A stretch of DNA of 63,876 bases, counting the filler, from Collodictyon triciliatum (lineage: Eukaryota): NCBI GenBank assembly GCA_043381765.1. It is 5 parts of 5 records of this genome, joined end to end, with 100 filler letters (N's around TTAATTAATTAA, not from the genome) between each part and the next. Parts side by side here need not be neighbours in the genome. Positions count along the whole stretch, not along the records: positions 61,718 to 63,876 come from JBHJMP010001291.1; 4 more parts are not named here. One strand, 5' to 3'. This document shows positions 62,111-63,876 of this stretch, piece after piece. The position numbers were made by a program, and so were the translations under genes. The number at the start of each line of letters is the position of its first letter. Position 1 is the first letter of the stretch. A model generated the notes under the pieces. That model had not been told where the DNA came from and made no database searches. It was given only the letters and a program-made list of their open reading frames with translations.

Positions 62111-63828
62111 ATGTTTTAGGGCGTATACGGCATTGCTTTCTTTGAGCCGGGGTGTTCTATTTCCTGGCAGAGGCAGGCCGCACCTTGCCTTCCCTTCCTT
62201 CCTTCCTTCCTTCCTCTCCCTTTCTTCTTCCTCTCTGTCGCCTCCGCAGCTGCTGCGCGCGCCAGGGTTGGTTAAGGCCGGGTAAGCACAGGCGGGGATA
62301 CCTATCGAGTCCGAAGCGACCACGCCCCGCAGCGACCTCTTCGATGCGGGTTGACCTTTTGAATTGTCGTGGGGAGACCCTCCGAAGTGAACTAGTAGCT
62401 TAGCAGTATTTACAGGTACGGCCGAGGCCCGAGGTGAGTAAGGCGGGCAGTTCCACGGTCGTCGACTCAACTGTCAGAATGGGGGCCGACACGAACGTCG
62501 CTTAAGGCGCACCTTTTTTAGGTCGGTCGGCGACGCGCGGTGTAACAACCGGGCGCGGCTATGGCACCAGTCGGATCAGATCGATCGCCGACGGTCGCCA
62601 GTAGCGGCGGTGTGCGCACGGGACTGAGGACTTGTCCACGCCTCAGCAAAGTGCGGTCTATCCCAACGTCGGAGCCGTGTGAACGTGTACCAGGAAGAGG
62701 TAAGCGAGGCCAACTGGCGACGAGGGAAAATCGCCATGGGACTCGCACGTGATAAGTCCTTGGTGGGTGTATGACCCAGTATGGACAGCGCTTGGTTGAG
62801 GGCGTGGCTTTAGCCACGCGCCCCTTCCACGTATCACGAAACTGTGGGGGTACCTCCCAAAGCCTCACCACCGGCCTGCGCCGAAAAGAGACGGTCGCGG
62901 AAATCGTGGACCACTTATGAGGGGCGAAGGCTGCGCCCGCCATCGGATTAAGTGAGGGTGTTGCGGTGTGGGTCAAGCAAAGCGCGGGAACCCCATAGCT
63001 CTGCGAGCTATTCCGGGAATGCGAGCAGACTCCAGGCTGTCGCCGTCATCTCTCTGTCAATATGAGATATATATGACCTGCGATGATCCGATAGCAGCGC
63101 GAGAGGTAACGCCCGGAGGGCGAGGATGATCCGAGGCCCCAGGCTCTTGTCCTTCCTTCCCTTCCTTCCTTCCCTTCTCTTCCTTCCTTCTTCATTCCCT
63201 TCCTTCCTTCCGTTCCTTCCTTCCTTCCTCACAATACACACACCACATAAACAGGAACGAGGTGCACAAAGTTCAGCACTGGCTCATCACACGCTTACCC
63301 GGCAGGGTGACGGAACCGCACTTTTTCCGCGGGTACCGTGCGATGGTTGTCAACGACTAAATTAGATGAGGATACGCCGCGAGGGCTGGGTGACGCTCAC
63401 CGACGTGGCCCAGAGGATTCATTATTCCTTCATTGCCTCAACCGCGAACAGTGAACCGACGGGCCGCATGTTTATGCAGGGCTTCCCAGTCTGTCGGTCC
63501 GGAGCATGAAGTGCCAGATTGTAACGCCTGCTCAGCTCGCGCCGGGGAACGATCATCAAGACCGCGGTCCATGAACAGAAGGAGGGCCTAGGTAGCTAGA
63601 GAAACGCCAGTCAGACAGGGCAGCTCAAGGCTGCGGACCTCTTCTCTCTTTCCTCTCTTTCTCTAGGTAGGTTAAAGTGATGGCTCTTCTATGTACCGCC
63701 CAGGCACTTATTCCTACCCCCACTATAATGAGTATCACTCGTGCCGCGAGTGACAGACACCACCACGCCCTGCCCAACTACATCCGCATCGGGCCCCACA
63801 CCGTGATTGTGAGTGTCCACGCCTGCCA

Positions 63829-63876
63829 TCTATCTCACTCACTATCTCACTCACTATCTCACTCACTATCTCACTC
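63829..63876 (+). repeat. 12-bp tandem repeat (TATCTCACTCAC)n at the window end
   Basis: About four units visible. Confidence 0.9.

Noticed and set aside
61718-63876. GC-rich tail as rDNA or another structural RNA
   Set aside because: No conserved rRNA or tRNA signature recognised; fragments look protein-coding.

Overview
This is eukaryotic, intron-rich, AT-rich genomic DNA, probably from a protist; I cannot name the organism. It has many intronic microsatellites, two long N gaps and four artificial 100-bp N/TTAATTAATTAA/N joins. Genes recognisable after manual splicing are: a NELF-A-like C-terminus, DGAT2, a secreted trypsin-like serine protease with EGF repeats, cornichon, copine, an intronless native-amine-dehydrogenase-like gene, a CAMK-group kinase, UTP4/cirhin, a PDI ending in HDEL, a tomosyn/Lgl WD40 protein, a multi-pass membrane RING protein, an atypical isochorismatase-fold protein and alpha-tubulin acetyltransferase. 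Several coiled-coil or unknown genes are also present. The most distinctive hidden structure is a non-LTR retroelement family. It comprises two decayed, mutually homologous ORF2 3' ends plus at least four tiny (26-85 bp) 3'-terminal fragments, each flanked by a 13-18 bp target-site duplication. The last 2.1 kb is GC-rich and indel-ridden and looks like low-quality or foreign sequence. Exon boundaries were read by eye, so gene limits are approximate, and family calls rest on motifs recalled from memory, not on database searches.
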